Source: an uncultured Acidobacteriota bacterium
GTDB lineage: Bacteria > Acidobacteriota > Vicinamibacteria > Vicinamibacterales > CAVVIG01
DNA: 50,303 nt
Reading direction: 5' to 3'
Assembly: GCA_902826465.1 (NCBI GenBank)
Contig: CADEEX010000001.1
Span: 11,162 to 61,464 of the forward strand
Notes under the pieces: generated by a model
The model's input: only the letters and a program-made list of their open reading frames with translations
What the model was told of the DNA's origin: nothing
Databases searched by the model: none
Program-made: the position numbers and the translations under genes
Shown here: piece after piece, positions 35,994-43,869 of the stretch
How positions within the stretch are numbered: the stretch's first letter is position 1
How the letters are laid out: every line of letters begins with the position of its first letter

Positions 35994-36752
35994 TCAGCGG
36001 AACACGTCGGCGAAGCGCACGCCGAGCTGCAGGATCGAACCGATGGAACCCGAGAACACGCCGAATGCCGCCGGCACAACGAAGCCGAGCAAGGCCAGGC
36101 CGACCAGCAGGCGCAGCGGCGCGCCGACCACCATGACGTTCAGTCCCGGCGCGGCCTTGGCCACCAGGCCGAGGCCGACTTCGGTCAACAGCAGCACGAC
36201 GATCACCGGCGCCGCCATGCGGATACCAAGTGAGAACACCAGTCCGAGCACGGACATCACCGACTGCGGCAGCGACGCGCCGACATGGCCGGCCCCCATC
36301 GGCAGCGACTCATACGACTGCGACAGCGCCCGAAGGAAGGCATGATGGCCGTTGGTCAACAGGAACGCGATCATCGCCATCGACCCATAGAGGGACGACA
36401 CGACGTTATTCCTGACGCCGCTGGCCGGGTCGACGATCGCCGCATACGACAACCCGATCTGAAAGCCCGCCAGATGCCCAGCCATTTCGGCACCGGCCAC
36501 CAGCGCCTGAATCGCCAGACCGAGCGCGAGGCCGATCGCCATCTCGCGCCCGACGATCAGCGCCAGACCCACCGTCGAATCGGCGTGCGGCACCGTCGCC
36601 GTTGGCAACAACATCACCGAGAGCAGCACGGTCAGCGCGATCTTGATCTGCGCTGGTGCGTAGACGCCGCCAAAGGCCGGCGAGCCGATGATGAGGGCCC
36701 CGGGCCGTACCATCAGCAGCCCGACAGCCATGAGCGGCGCGAGATCGATCAC
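35994..36752 (-). CDS. fliR: flagellar export protein FliR
   Basis: Multi-TM protein after fliQ. GTG at 36752 overlaps the fliQ TGA (GTGA). The ORF track extends to 36818, so the start is uncertain. Confidence 0.88.
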   Translation of the reverse strand: MIDLAPLMAVGLLMVRPGALIIGSPAFGGVYAPAQIKIALTVLLSVMLLPTATVPHADSTVGLALIVGREMAIGLALGLAIQALVAGAEMAGHLAGFQIGLSYAAIVDPASGVRNNVVSSLYGSMAMIAFLLTNGHHAFLRALSQSYESLPMGAGHVGASLPQSVMSVLGLVFSLGIRMAAPVIVVLLLTEVGLGLVAKAAPGLNVMVVGAPLRLLVGLALLGFVVPAAFGVFSGSIGSILQLGVRFADVFR

Positions 36753-37024
36753 CGCACCAGCTCGGGCAAACGCATGATCAACTGGCGGGAAAACCCGGTC
36801 AGTACCCTCAGCATCCACGGAAACGTCAGCGCGAACACCGCAAAGATCGCGGCCGCGCGGGGGATGAACGCCAGCACGTTGTCCTGGATCGACGTCACCG
36901 TCTGGAACACGCTGACCGCGACTCCGGCCACCAGTCCGGCGACCAACATCGGCATACTGACCATCACCGCCACTTCGATGGCCTGGCGAACAATTCCCAC
37001 AACAAGAGCATCAGTCACGAACAC
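36749..37024 (-). CDS. fliQ: flagellar export protein FliQ
   Basis: 91 aa from GTG at 37024, preceded by GAGAGGA. MPMLVAGLVAGVAVSVFQTVTSIQDNVLAFIPR is the FliQ signature. Confidence 0.9.
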   Translation of the reverse strand: MFVTDALVVGIVRQAIEVAVMVSMPMLVAGLVAGVAVSVFQTVTSIQDNVLAFIPRAAAIFAVFALTFPWMLRVLTGFSRQLIMRLPELVR

Positions 37025-37032
37025 GTTCCTCT

Positions 37033-37767
37033 CTACGCAAAGCTGCGGACCAGCGACGACACAATCAGGTTCCAACCGTCAACCATGACGAACAGCAGAA
37101 TCTTGAACGGCAGCGAGATCATCGCCGGCGGCAGCTGCAGCATGCCCATCGACAGCAGCGTCGTGGACACGACCAGATCGATGAGCAGGAACGGCACGAA
37201 CAGGAAGAACCCCATCTGGAAGCCGGTCTTGAGTTCCGAGATCGCAAACGCCGGAATCACCGCGCGCATCGGCAGGTCTGTCGGCGAGTTCGGCCGCGGC
37301 AGGTGGCCGAGCTCGACGAACAGGGCCAGGTCGGCCTCACGCGTCTGCTTCAGCATGAAGTCGCGCACGGGCGGTGTGCCGGCCTCGAGCGCCTGCATCA
37401 CCGTCAGCCGACCGTCGACGGCTGGCTGCACGGCCAGCACGTTCACCTGCTCGGCGACCGGCGCCATGATGAACATGGTCAGGAACAACGTCAGGCCGAT
37501 CAGAATCTGATTCGATGGCATCTCCTGGGTGCCGAGCGCCTGTCGCAGAAAATGGAAGACGATGACGATGCGTGTGAAGCACGTCATGATGACGAGCATC
37601 GCTGGCACGAACGACAGCAGCGTCATCACCATCACCAGCTGCAGCGGCGCCGAAATGCCGCCGATGCCGTCGATGTTGATGTCGAGGTTCTGCGGCTGCG
37701 CCAGTGCCGGTGTGGCCGTCAGCGCGAGTCCGGCCAGCGCCAGACCTGCGCGTCGAACAGTGCTCAT
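37033..37767 (-). CDS. fliP: flagellar export protein FliP
   Basis: ATG at 37767 overlaps the fliO stop (ATGA). Signal-like N-terminus, then LSFVPAMLVIMTCFTRIVIVFHFLRQALG and the FLLIDLVVSTTLLSMGM FliP signatures. Confidence 0.95.
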   Translation of the reverse strand: MSTVRRAGLALAGLALTATPALAQPQNLDINIDGIGGISAPLQLVMVMTLLSFVPAMLVIMTCFTRIVIVFHFLRQALGTQEMPSNQILIGLTLFLTMFIMAPVAEQVNVLAVQPAVDGRLTVMQALEAGTPPVRDFMLKQTREADLALFVELGHLPRPNSPTDLPMRAVIPAFAISELKTGFQMGFFLFVPFLLIDLVVSTTLLSMGMLQLPPAMISLPFKILLFVMVDGWNLIVSSLVRSFA

Positions 37768-38048
37768 CGCACCGCTCCCGTCGACTCGGGCTTCGGACCC
37801 AGTTCGGTGATCACGGAAATGGCCGTCGGCGTCATGCCAATCAGCACGCGCCGCCCTTCGACGGCGACGATCGCAAGCTGGCGGCGGTCGCCCAGCGACG
37901 TCGCCGTCTCGATCGCGATCGTGCCTTTCGGCGCCAGCGCCGACAGACGAATGCTGCCGCGACGGAGCGCCCACACGAACAGCCCGAGCAGTGCCAGCAC
38001 GGCACCGAGGCTGACGACGGTCCGCAGCGTCATCAATACGTCGTTCAC
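37764..38048 (-). CDS. fliO: flagellar export protein FliO
   Basis: 94 aa. Single TM (VVSLGAVLALLGLFVWAL), then ...LGDRRQLAIVAVEGRRVLIGMT, typical FliO. Coupled on both sides. Confidence 0.75.
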   Translation of the reverse strand: MNDVLMTLRTVVSLGAVLALLGLFVWALRRGSIRLSALAPKGTIAIETATSLGDRRQLAIVAVEGRRVLIGMTPTAISVITELGPKPESTGAVR

Positions 38049-38284
38049 CGTTCGGCCTCAGCGCCGGCGGGCGGCAGAATTTCGGTGATCTTCACCGACG
38101 TGGTCTCGTCGTCGACGACGATTTCCCCCGACGCGGCAGGAACACCCTGGACGTAGACGAGCAGATCGTCGCCGGCCGCCTCGCGCAGGCGAATGATGCT
38201 GTCGCGTTGCAGCTTGAGGCAGTCACGCACCGTGATCGAGCCATGACCGACGATGACGTCGATGCGGCAGCGGACATCGTGCAT
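38045..38284 (-). CDS. fliN: short FliN (SpoA domain only, 79 aa)
   Basis: ATG at 38284 gives MHDVRCRIDVIVGHGSITVRDCLKLQRDSIIRL...LVYVQGVPAASGEIVVDDE. The ORF-track extension to 38575 overlaps fliL and is low-complexity. Confidence 0.85.
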   Translation of the reverse strand: MHDVRCRIDVIVGHGSITVRDCLKLQRDSIIRLREAAGDDLLVYVQGVPAASGEIVVDDETTSVKITEILPPAGAEAER

Positions 38285-38306
38285 GCCGAGAAACTGTGTC
38301 GACGTC

Positions 38307-38849
38307 TCAGTACTGGACGACGAAGTCGGAGAAGAGGACATCGACCACCTCGGTATGCTCGAGAATCGGTTTGGCGTGTTCGGCAATGGCGTGCTTGAGC
38401 GCCGCCTTGCCGTCCGGCGACGACACCTGTTCGGAGGTCTGGGTGGACAGGAGATCGAGAATCGCCGCGCGGAGCCGCTCGATGGTGACCTTGTTCTCCT
38501 GGAGGTGCTTCCCTTCCTCTTCCTCCGGAACGAGCAGACGCACGTTGATGCGCAGGAAGCGGCGACCGCCGGCATCGGCCAGATTCACAATGAACGGCTC
38601 GAAGGTCACGATGCCGTTGGCGGTGGGGGCTTTGTGCTCTTCCGCCTTGGCCGCGCCGTCGCCCTCGCCTTCGGCAGCCGGTGCCAGCAGCGTGAAGTAG
38701 GCGGCGGCCCCGCCTCCACCGAGCAGGACGAGGACGACGCCGAGAATGATGAACAGCGTGCCCTTCCCCTTCTTCTTCGGGGCAGCGGCGGTGGCGCCAG
38801 CCGGAGGAGTCGCGGGGGCGGGCGCGGGGGCTTGAGTGTTATCGGACAT
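38307..38849 (-). CDS. fliL: flagellar basal-body-associated protein FliL
   Basis: ATG at 38849. Pro/Ala-rich N-terminus, single TM (LFIILGVVLVLLGGGGAAAYF), then FEPFIVNLAD...RFLRINVRL FliL core. Confidence 0.85.
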   Translation of the reverse strand: MSDNTQAPAPAPATPPAGATAAAPKKKGKGTLFIILGVVLVLLGGGGAAAYFTLLAPAAEGEGDGAAKAEEHKAPTANGIVTFEPFIVNLADAGGRRFLRINVRLLVPEEEEGKHLQENKVTIERLRAAILDLLSTQTSEQVSSPDGKAALKHAIAEHAKPILEHTEVVDVLFSDFVVQY

Positions 38850-38898
38850 GGCTCTTTCGCTCCGGGCGCCACGACAGTGGGCGCGCGAGCAGCGAAAC

Positions 38899-38914
38899 AG
38901 CAATCAGGGTGCCG
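38899..38914 (-). promoter_or_regulatory. sigma-54-type -24/-12 promoter candidate upstream of fliL
   Basis: Minus strand reads CGGCAC-cctga-TTGCT against TGGCAC-N5-TTGCW. About 50 nt upstream of the fliL ATG and directly downstream of a hairpin. Confidence 0.45.
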
Positions 38915-39001
38915 CTCAGAACTGCACGGAATGGCCCGTGTTTCTCACGGGAATGCGCGGGATGGCGGCCGGACCGCCGACGAGGACAGGAAGGAAGTGT
39001 C

Positions 39002-39027
39002 GGTCCGCCGACAGGGCGGCGGACCGC
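39002..39027 (-). terminator. hairpin after cheX (possible terminator)
   Basis: Perfect 9-10 bp GC stem CGGTCCGCC(G)/(C)GGCGGACCG with a 6-8 nt loop, 12 nt past the cheX stop. The tail is C/T-rich but has no clean U-run. Confidence 0.45.
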
Positions 39028-39038
39028 TGGCGCGAAAT

Positions 39039-39521
39039 CTATGCCGCCTGAAGGATCAACTCAACGAACACGGTGCGCTCGCCCATCTGGAACGGGCAGA
39101 GCCACCGCGACACGACGTTGAAGTGCTGCGACGTGAAGTCGGTGCCCCGCGTCACCGTCGGCGTGGTGATCATGAGCGTTTCGCCGCCCTGGGCCATCTT
39201 GGCGCGGAACGTACCGGCGATCATGTTGGTAATCTCTCCCACGGCGTCGGCGGTCTGGTCGTCCGCCTCTTCAGGCGGGATACCGAGCAGCAGCCCGGCG
39301 ATCTGGCAGGCCGCATCGTCCGCGGCGTAGAACGAGACGGTGCCGCTCAGGCTGCCGAGAAAACGCACGGCGCCCATGACGCTCGCCGTGGGCTGTGGCT
39401 TGTCGGTGAGCGCCTCCTGGGGCGTCAGCGTCGTGAAGGCCATGGTCTCGAAGACCTCGAGGGTGGCCTCGGTCAGTTTCGGAATGACGGTCGGTTCGGC
39501 GGATGTCGTGGACATGGTCAC
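39039..39521 (-). CDS. cheX: CheX-family CheY-P phosphatase
   Basis: 160 aa. ...ADAVGEITNMIAGTFRAK matches the CheC/CheX D/S-x3-E-x2-N motif. Coupled to the cheY stop (GTGA, or ATG at 39515). Confidence 0.8.
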   Translation of the reverse strand: MTMSTTSAEPTVIPKLTEATLEVFETMAFTTLTPQEALTDKPQPTASVMGAVRFLGSLSGTVSFYAADDAACQIAGLLLGIPPEEADDQTADAVGEITNMIAGTFRAKMAQGGETLMITTPTVTRGTDFTSQHFNVVSRWLCPFQMGERTVFVELILQAA

Positions 39522-39883
39522 TTCGAGAGCAAGGCGCTCATCTTCTCCTTGAGCGTCTCCGCGGTAAAGGGCTTGACGACGTAGTCGTTGACGCCCGCTT
39601 CCTTGGCACCGGCGATATCGGTGCTCTCGGCGTTGGTCGTGACCATCAGCACCGGCAGCTTGGCCGAGGCCTGAAGGCCGCGCAGCTCGCGCACGAACTC
39701 GAGCCCGTTCATGACCGGCATGTTCCAGTCGGTCACGACGAAATCGATCCCGCCGGTGCCGAGCTGCTGCAGCCCCTCGGCGCCGTTGCCCGCTTCGACG
39801 ATGTCCTCACACCCGATCTTCTTCAGGGTGTTCGAGATGATCTTCCGCATCGTCGAGGAATCATCTACGACAAGAATTCGCAT
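39518..39883 (-). CDS. cheY: chemotaxis response regulator CheY
   Basis: 121 aa. MRILVVDDSSTMRKI...FVVTDWNMPVMNG...MVTTNAE...DYVVKPF. GAGGAG RBS upstream. Confidence 0.93.
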   Translation of the reverse strand: MRILVVDDSSTMRKIISNTLKKIGCEDIVEAGNGAEGLQQLGTGGIDFVVTDWNMPVMNGLEFVRELRGLQASAKLPVLMVTTNAESTDIAGAKEAGVNDYVVKPFTAETLKEKMSALLSK

Positions 39884-39914
39884 AACGTTGCCTGCTCCTC
39901 AAAATCTCTTTCAA

Positions 39915-39941
39915 CTTATCGGCGCTCAGGAGGCCGTGTCC
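39915..39941 (-). promoter_or_regulatory. sigma-28-like promoter candidate for cheY-cheX
   Basis: Minus strand reads TGGA-N15-GCCGATAA. The -10 element is a perfect consensus. It lies 32 nt upstream of the cheY ATG and overlaps the last codons of the upstream gene. Confidence 0.4.
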
Positions 39942-41269
39942 ATGGCCATCACCGCTTCGCGCTCAGAGATACACAGCGTGAATTCCTGTGGCTCTCCGCT
40001 CATCGAGTCGAACCCGAATCCCATCTTGACCGTGTCGCCTACCGGATCGGTCGGAGCGCCAGTGACCGGCAGCCCGATGTGCGCCCGGAGGCCGTTGGCG
40101 GTGAGCCCGTGCTGGACGCGTCCACCCACCATGTTCAGAATCTCGGCGAGCGCGCTCGTCGCGGCGTCGCCTGGCAACTCGTCAATCGGCGATTGCAGCA
40201 TCCGCGCCGCCAATTCCAGACCGGTCTTCTCGCTGATGCTGGCGCCCACCAGAATGTCGGCGTTCTGCTCTGAGAGTGTCACCGGCACCTGCACGCTGAC
40301 TCCCGTCTTCGGCACCACCGGCGGCGTCTCGAGGATGTTGACCTCGGTGCCGAGCATCATGCCGAACACCTGTTCCACCGCCGAGATTGCCTGCGACCTG
40401 AATCCCGGCATCGCCACTGCCACCTTGGCGAGCACGCCTGGCGGCCGCAGCGTCTGCTCGAACTGCAGCAGAAACGTTTCCGGCACGAAGGATCGCACCG
40501 CGATCCAATCAAATAACCCGAGCGCTCGCGCCTCCTCGACCCGGCTCTTCGTCATGACGGCCACGAGTTGTGTCTCGGCCATCGTGTCGAGCTGCCGAAT
40601 CCTCCTCGCGAACGACTCCTGACTCATCGTGCCGGTCTTCGACCCGACCAGAATCGCATTCGGCGGCTGGTTCAGGCACATCGCCATCGCCTGAGCAGCC
40701 GATGCAATGGTCACGACCTCATACTTCTGTCGAAACACATCCGAGCAGAAGTGGCGAAAATCGAGGTCTTCGTCGATCACCAGCAGCGTGAACGCGCTGG
40801 GCGCCTGCATCGCCGTTCGCCGTCCGGCGTGGCTGCGACTGGACGCAATCTGCTGCTCGGACGAAAACACCCGCCGCATGCGTTCAACAACCACCGCCTG
40901 GTGCTGATCTTTCAGCACATAGTCGGACACGCCCAGCTCCACCGCCGCCTTGATCGTCTCTGCGTCCTTCTTCTCGGTGACGATGACGACCGGCAGGTGG
41001 CGATGACGCACCGATGACCTGATGTCACGCAGCACCTCGAGGCCGCCGAGCCCGGGAATCTTCAGGTCGAGGACGAGTGCGTCGATGTCCTGGCTGTCCA
41101 GTTCCTCGAGCACGCGGATGCCGTTGTCGGCTTCGACGACGGTGCTCTTGAACTCGCGCAGCAGCACGCGTCTCAGCACATGTCGCGCCGCCGTGTCGGC
41201 GTCGGCCAGCAGCACCGTCAAGCTGCGCGAAATGCCGCCCGATCCTTTGTGTGTCTTTGCGCTGGTCAC
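39926..41269 (-). CDS. receiver + degenerate receiver + CheX-like domain fusion protein
   Basis: 447 aa. REC1 VLLADAD...ALVLDLKIPGLGG...DYVLK. A second REC-like region lacks the acceptor Asp (AILVGSKTG). The C-terminal CheX-like region has SALAEILNMVGGRV. GTG start. Confidence 0.8.
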   Translation of the reverse strand: MTSAKTHKGSGGISRSLTVLLADADTAARHVLRRVLLREFKSTVVEADNGIRVLEELDSQDIDALVLDLKIPGLGGLEVLRDIRSSVRHRHLPVVIVTEKKDAETIKAAVELGVSDYVLKDQHQAVVVERMRRVFSSEQQIASSRSHAGRRTAMQAPSAFTLLVIDEDLDFRHFCSDVFRQKYEVVTIASAAQAMAMCLNQPPNAILVGSKTGTMSQESFARRIRQLDTMAETQLVAVMTKSRVEEARALGLFDWIAVRSFVPETFLLQFEQTLRPPGVLAKVAVAMPGFRSQAISAVEQVFGMMLGTEVNILETPPVVPKTGVSVQVPVTLSEQNADILVGASISEKTGLELAARMLQSPIDELPGDAATSALAEILNMVGGRVQHGLTANGLRAHIGLPVTGAPTDPVGDTVKMGFGFDSMSGEPQEFTLCISEREAVMAMDTAS

Positions 41270-41298
41270 CGCGGAATCGTCACTCCTACCCGTTCCTC

Positions 41299-41325
41299 TA
41301 ATCGGCCACCTTTCTCAAGACTCCA
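41299..41325 (-). promoter_or_regulatory. sigma-28-like promoter candidate for the REC-REC-CheX gene
   Basis: Minus strand reads TGGA-N15-GCCGATTA in the 93-nt cheB/REC gap, 30 nt upstream of the GTG at 41269. Confidence 0.45.
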
Positions 41326-41362
41326 CTCCGGAGCAGAAGTGCACCAAACGACGCCGACGCCG

Positions 41363-42451
41363 CTAGGCGATCGAGCGCGCGGCTCTGAACGCGGCGCCCG
41401 ACTGCAGTTCGGCGAGGCTGTCGGCGAGCTTCTTGGGCATCGCCAGCAGGGTGGCGATGTGCACTGCTCCGCCCCTGGCGATCGCTTCCTTTGGCATCCC
41501 GAACACCACGCACGACTGTTCGTCCTCGGCGATGGTGATGGCGCCGGCTTTCCTGAGCGCGACCATGCCATCCGCGCCATCGGCGCCCATGCCGGTGAGC
41601 AGGGCCGCCACCATCGGTGTGTTGCGCAGCCGGGCGGCGGAATGAAACAACACATCGACCGCAGGGCGCTGGTAGTACACGGCGGGGCCGGTCCTGACGA
41701 CGGTGCGCAGTTCGAGGCCGACCGTTTCGACCAGCAGATGGTAGTCGCCAGGAGCGACGTAGGCGGTGCCGCGCTTCAGCACTTCCCCGCCCTTGGCTTC
41801 GATCACCTGCATCGGGCAGGCGCTGTTCAACCGCGTCGCAAACGCGGCGGTGAACCCCGCCGGCATGTGCTGCACGATCAGAATGGGAGGCGAGTCAGCC
41901 GGCAGCCGCGTGAGCAGCGATTCAATCGCCTGCGTGCCGCCGGTGGAGGCGCCAATCAGGATGATGCCCTTGGCCGTTGACAACGAGCTCGCCACCGGCG
42001 CGGCGGTCTGCGCCGGAGCACGGAAGGCCGACAGCCGAAGCGGCTGTCCAGGCTTGATGCCGTGAATGCGCTGTCTGAGCTTTTCGGCGACCTGTCCAAC
42101 CGAATGCGGCCCCCCGGGCTTGGCAATGACGTCGATCGCCCCTGCGGCGAGCGCCTCGATGCTGGCTGCCGATCCGGTCTGCGTCACCGAACTGACGATG
42201 ATGACCGGCAGCGGATGATGCTGCATCATCTTGCGCAGGAACGTCAGCCCGTCCATGCGCGGCATCTCGATGTCGAGCGTGACGACGTCCGGCGTGTATT
42301 GCAGGATGAGATCGCGCGCCACGAACGGGTCGGACGCCAGGCCAACGACCTCGATCTCGGGGTCGGCGCGGAGTGCGTCCGAAAGCATCTTCCGGACGAT
42401 CGCTGAATCATCGACGATGAGAACGCGGGTCTTGCGGGCTGGGGAAGTCAT
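41363..42451 (-). CDS. cheB: chemotaxis methylesterase/deamidase CheB (receiver + CheB_methylest)
   Basis: ATG at 42451 gives MTSPARKTRVLIVDDSAIVRKML. The catalytic domain has GASTGG, IVQHMP and ...GMGADG motifs. Confidence 0.93.
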   Translation of the reverse strand: MTSPARKTRVLIVDDSAIVRKMLSDALRADPEIEVVGLASDPFVARDLILQYTPDVVTLDIEMPRMDGLTFLRKMMQHHPLPVIIVSSVTQTGSAASIEALAAGAIDVIAKPGGPHSVGQVAEKLRQRIHGIKPGQPLRLSAFRAPAQTAAPVASSLSTAKGIILIGASTGGTQAIESLLTRLPADSPPILIVQHMPAGFTAAFATRLNSACPMQVIEAKGGEVLKRGTAYVAPGDYHLLVETVGLELRTVVRTGPAVYYQRPAVDVLFHSAARLRNTPMVAALLTGMGADGADGMVALRKAGAITIAEDEQSCVVFGMPKEAIARGGAVHIATLLAMPKKLADSLAELQSGAAFRAARSIA

Positions 42452-42465
42452 GGGTGCGTCGGCGG

Positions 42466-42981
42466 TCAGTGTGCCGCTGCCCCTTCGGGCACAAGGGTGA
42501 AGACCACCTCGACCAGGCACGGCTGATCATCGATGGCCAGCGAGACACCAGGCGCCGCCGGCGACTCCGGCAGCGCCGCCTCGGTCACGGCCGGGCGGCT
42601 CAACCCGAACGTCCGCTCGTTGGCGGCGCGGGTCAGCCACGAGCCGCAGATCATGTTGGCGAACTCGCCAACAAGGTCGTGGATTTCAGCGGCCGGCGCC
42701 GCCTCGTCTTCGGGATCGCGGCCGCTGAACGCGTCGAACAGTCGCTCGGCCAGGGCCACTGGCAGCCGGCACCTGACGTCGCCGGCGCAATCGGACTCGG
42801 CAAAATGCACGACAGCGACGAGCCAGTCGCGATGCGCGGCCGCCAGTTCGGCAAAGCGGTCCGCATCGCACGGCTCGACCATCGCATAGAAGCTTCGTTC
42901 GGCGACATCGGACACCGCCGACAGCACGGCATCGGCGCCGCCGGCCACAGGAGCCGTGTCAGGCCACTTCGTTGAGAACAT
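42466..42981 (-). CDS. second CheX-family protein
   Basis: IHDLVGEFANMICGSWL matches the CheX E-x2-N motif. The ATG at 42981 is preceded by GGAGG at 9-nt spacing. The ORF track begins at 43029. Overlaps the cheY2 3' end. Confidence 0.65.
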   Translation of the reverse strand: MFSTKWPDTAPVAGGADAVLSAVSDVAERSFYAMVEPCDADRFAELAAAHRDWLVAVVHFAESDCAGDVRCRLPVALAERLFDAFSGRDPEDEAAPAAEIHDLVGEFANMICGSWLTRAANERTFGLSRPAVTEAALPESPAAPGVSLAIDDQPCLVEVVFTLVPEGAAAH

Positions 42982-43327
42982 CTCTGATGACCTCCGGACT
43001 GAAAGGTTTCTCGAGGTAACAGCGGACATCGAGCCCCGCCGCCTCGTCGCGTCGTGCCGCCGAACCGTCCGTCGAGATAATCACCCGCCGCATGTGACGC
43101 CACTTGGGCTGCCTGGCGATCGCTCGCAGCAGCTCAGTGCCGGACATGACCGGCATGTTGATGTCGGTGAGCAGCACGTCAATGTCGTCGTGCATCTCGA
43201 GCACCTCCATCGCCTCGGCGCCGTTGCCGGCTTCGAAGATCTCGTCGATCGGTACGTCGACGAGAGCGAAGACGCGTCGGATCATCTTTCGCATCATCGC
43301 GGAGTCGTCCACGATCAGAATTCGCAT
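42959..43327 (-). CDS. second CheY-like single-domain response regulator
   Basis: 122 aa. MRILIVDDSAMMRKMI...VLLTDINMPVMSG...IISTDGS...YLEKPF. Confidence 0.9.
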   Translation of the reverse strand: MRILIVDDSAMMRKMIRRVFALVDVPIDEIFEAGNGAEAMEVLEMHDDIDVLLTDINMPVMSGTELLRAIARQPKWRHMRRVIISTDGSAARRDEAAGLDVRCYLEKPFSPEVIRDVLNEVA

Positions 43328-43332
43328 CGCCC

Positions 43333-43869
43333 TCAGAGCTCCTTGAGCAGTTCCCGTCCGTTGAAGATCTGCACTCGTCCATCACGCGCCGACAGGTGCA
43401 CCGTGCGCGCGACGTTGCCACCGACGTCGTGGTTCTTGATGAGTACGCCGTTCCGCCACATCAGATTCTTCGCCGCCAGTGCATTGCGACGGCCAATCTG
43501 CAGTGCGGCATTGCCCGACTCGCTGACTTCGGCGCCGCCGGCCAGCTTGACGATCGTCCGCTTCTTCTCCAGCCCGTACTGGTACGCGGTCTGGAACAGC
43601 AGCGGAATGCCGGTGTCGGCGAACGAGCCCGGCTGCGTGCGTGCCCGCTCGGGGTTGATCGACGACTCCGGCAGCAGGAAGTGGAGCATCGCCGCCACAC
43701 CCGCCACGGGATCGAACAGGCACACGGCGATGCAACTGCCGAGCGCGTGCGTCACGATCGACTGATCGGCGCGCGTCGCGATGGCGAACTCGCCGATCCC
43801 AACCACCAGCCGGTCGGACGTGACCGGCGGCATCGCCAGCGGCGTCGCGGTGGCGAGCTGGACGCTCAT
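43333..43869 (-). CDS. cheD: chemoreceptor glutamine deamidase CheD
   Basis: ATG at 43869 overlaps the cheR stop (ATGA). THALGSCIAVCLFDPVAGVAAMLHFLLP is the CheD active-site signature. The ORF-track extension to 44370 lies inside cheR. Confidence 0.9.
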   Translation of the reverse strand: MSVQLATATPLAMPPVTSDRLVVGIGEFAIATRADQSIVTHALGSCIAVCLFDPVAGVAAMLHFLLPESSINPERARTQPGSFADTGIPLLFQTAYQYGLEKKRTIVKLAGGAEVSESGNAALQIGRRNALAAKNLMWRNGVLIKNHDVGGNVARTVHLSARDGRVQIFNGRELLKEL

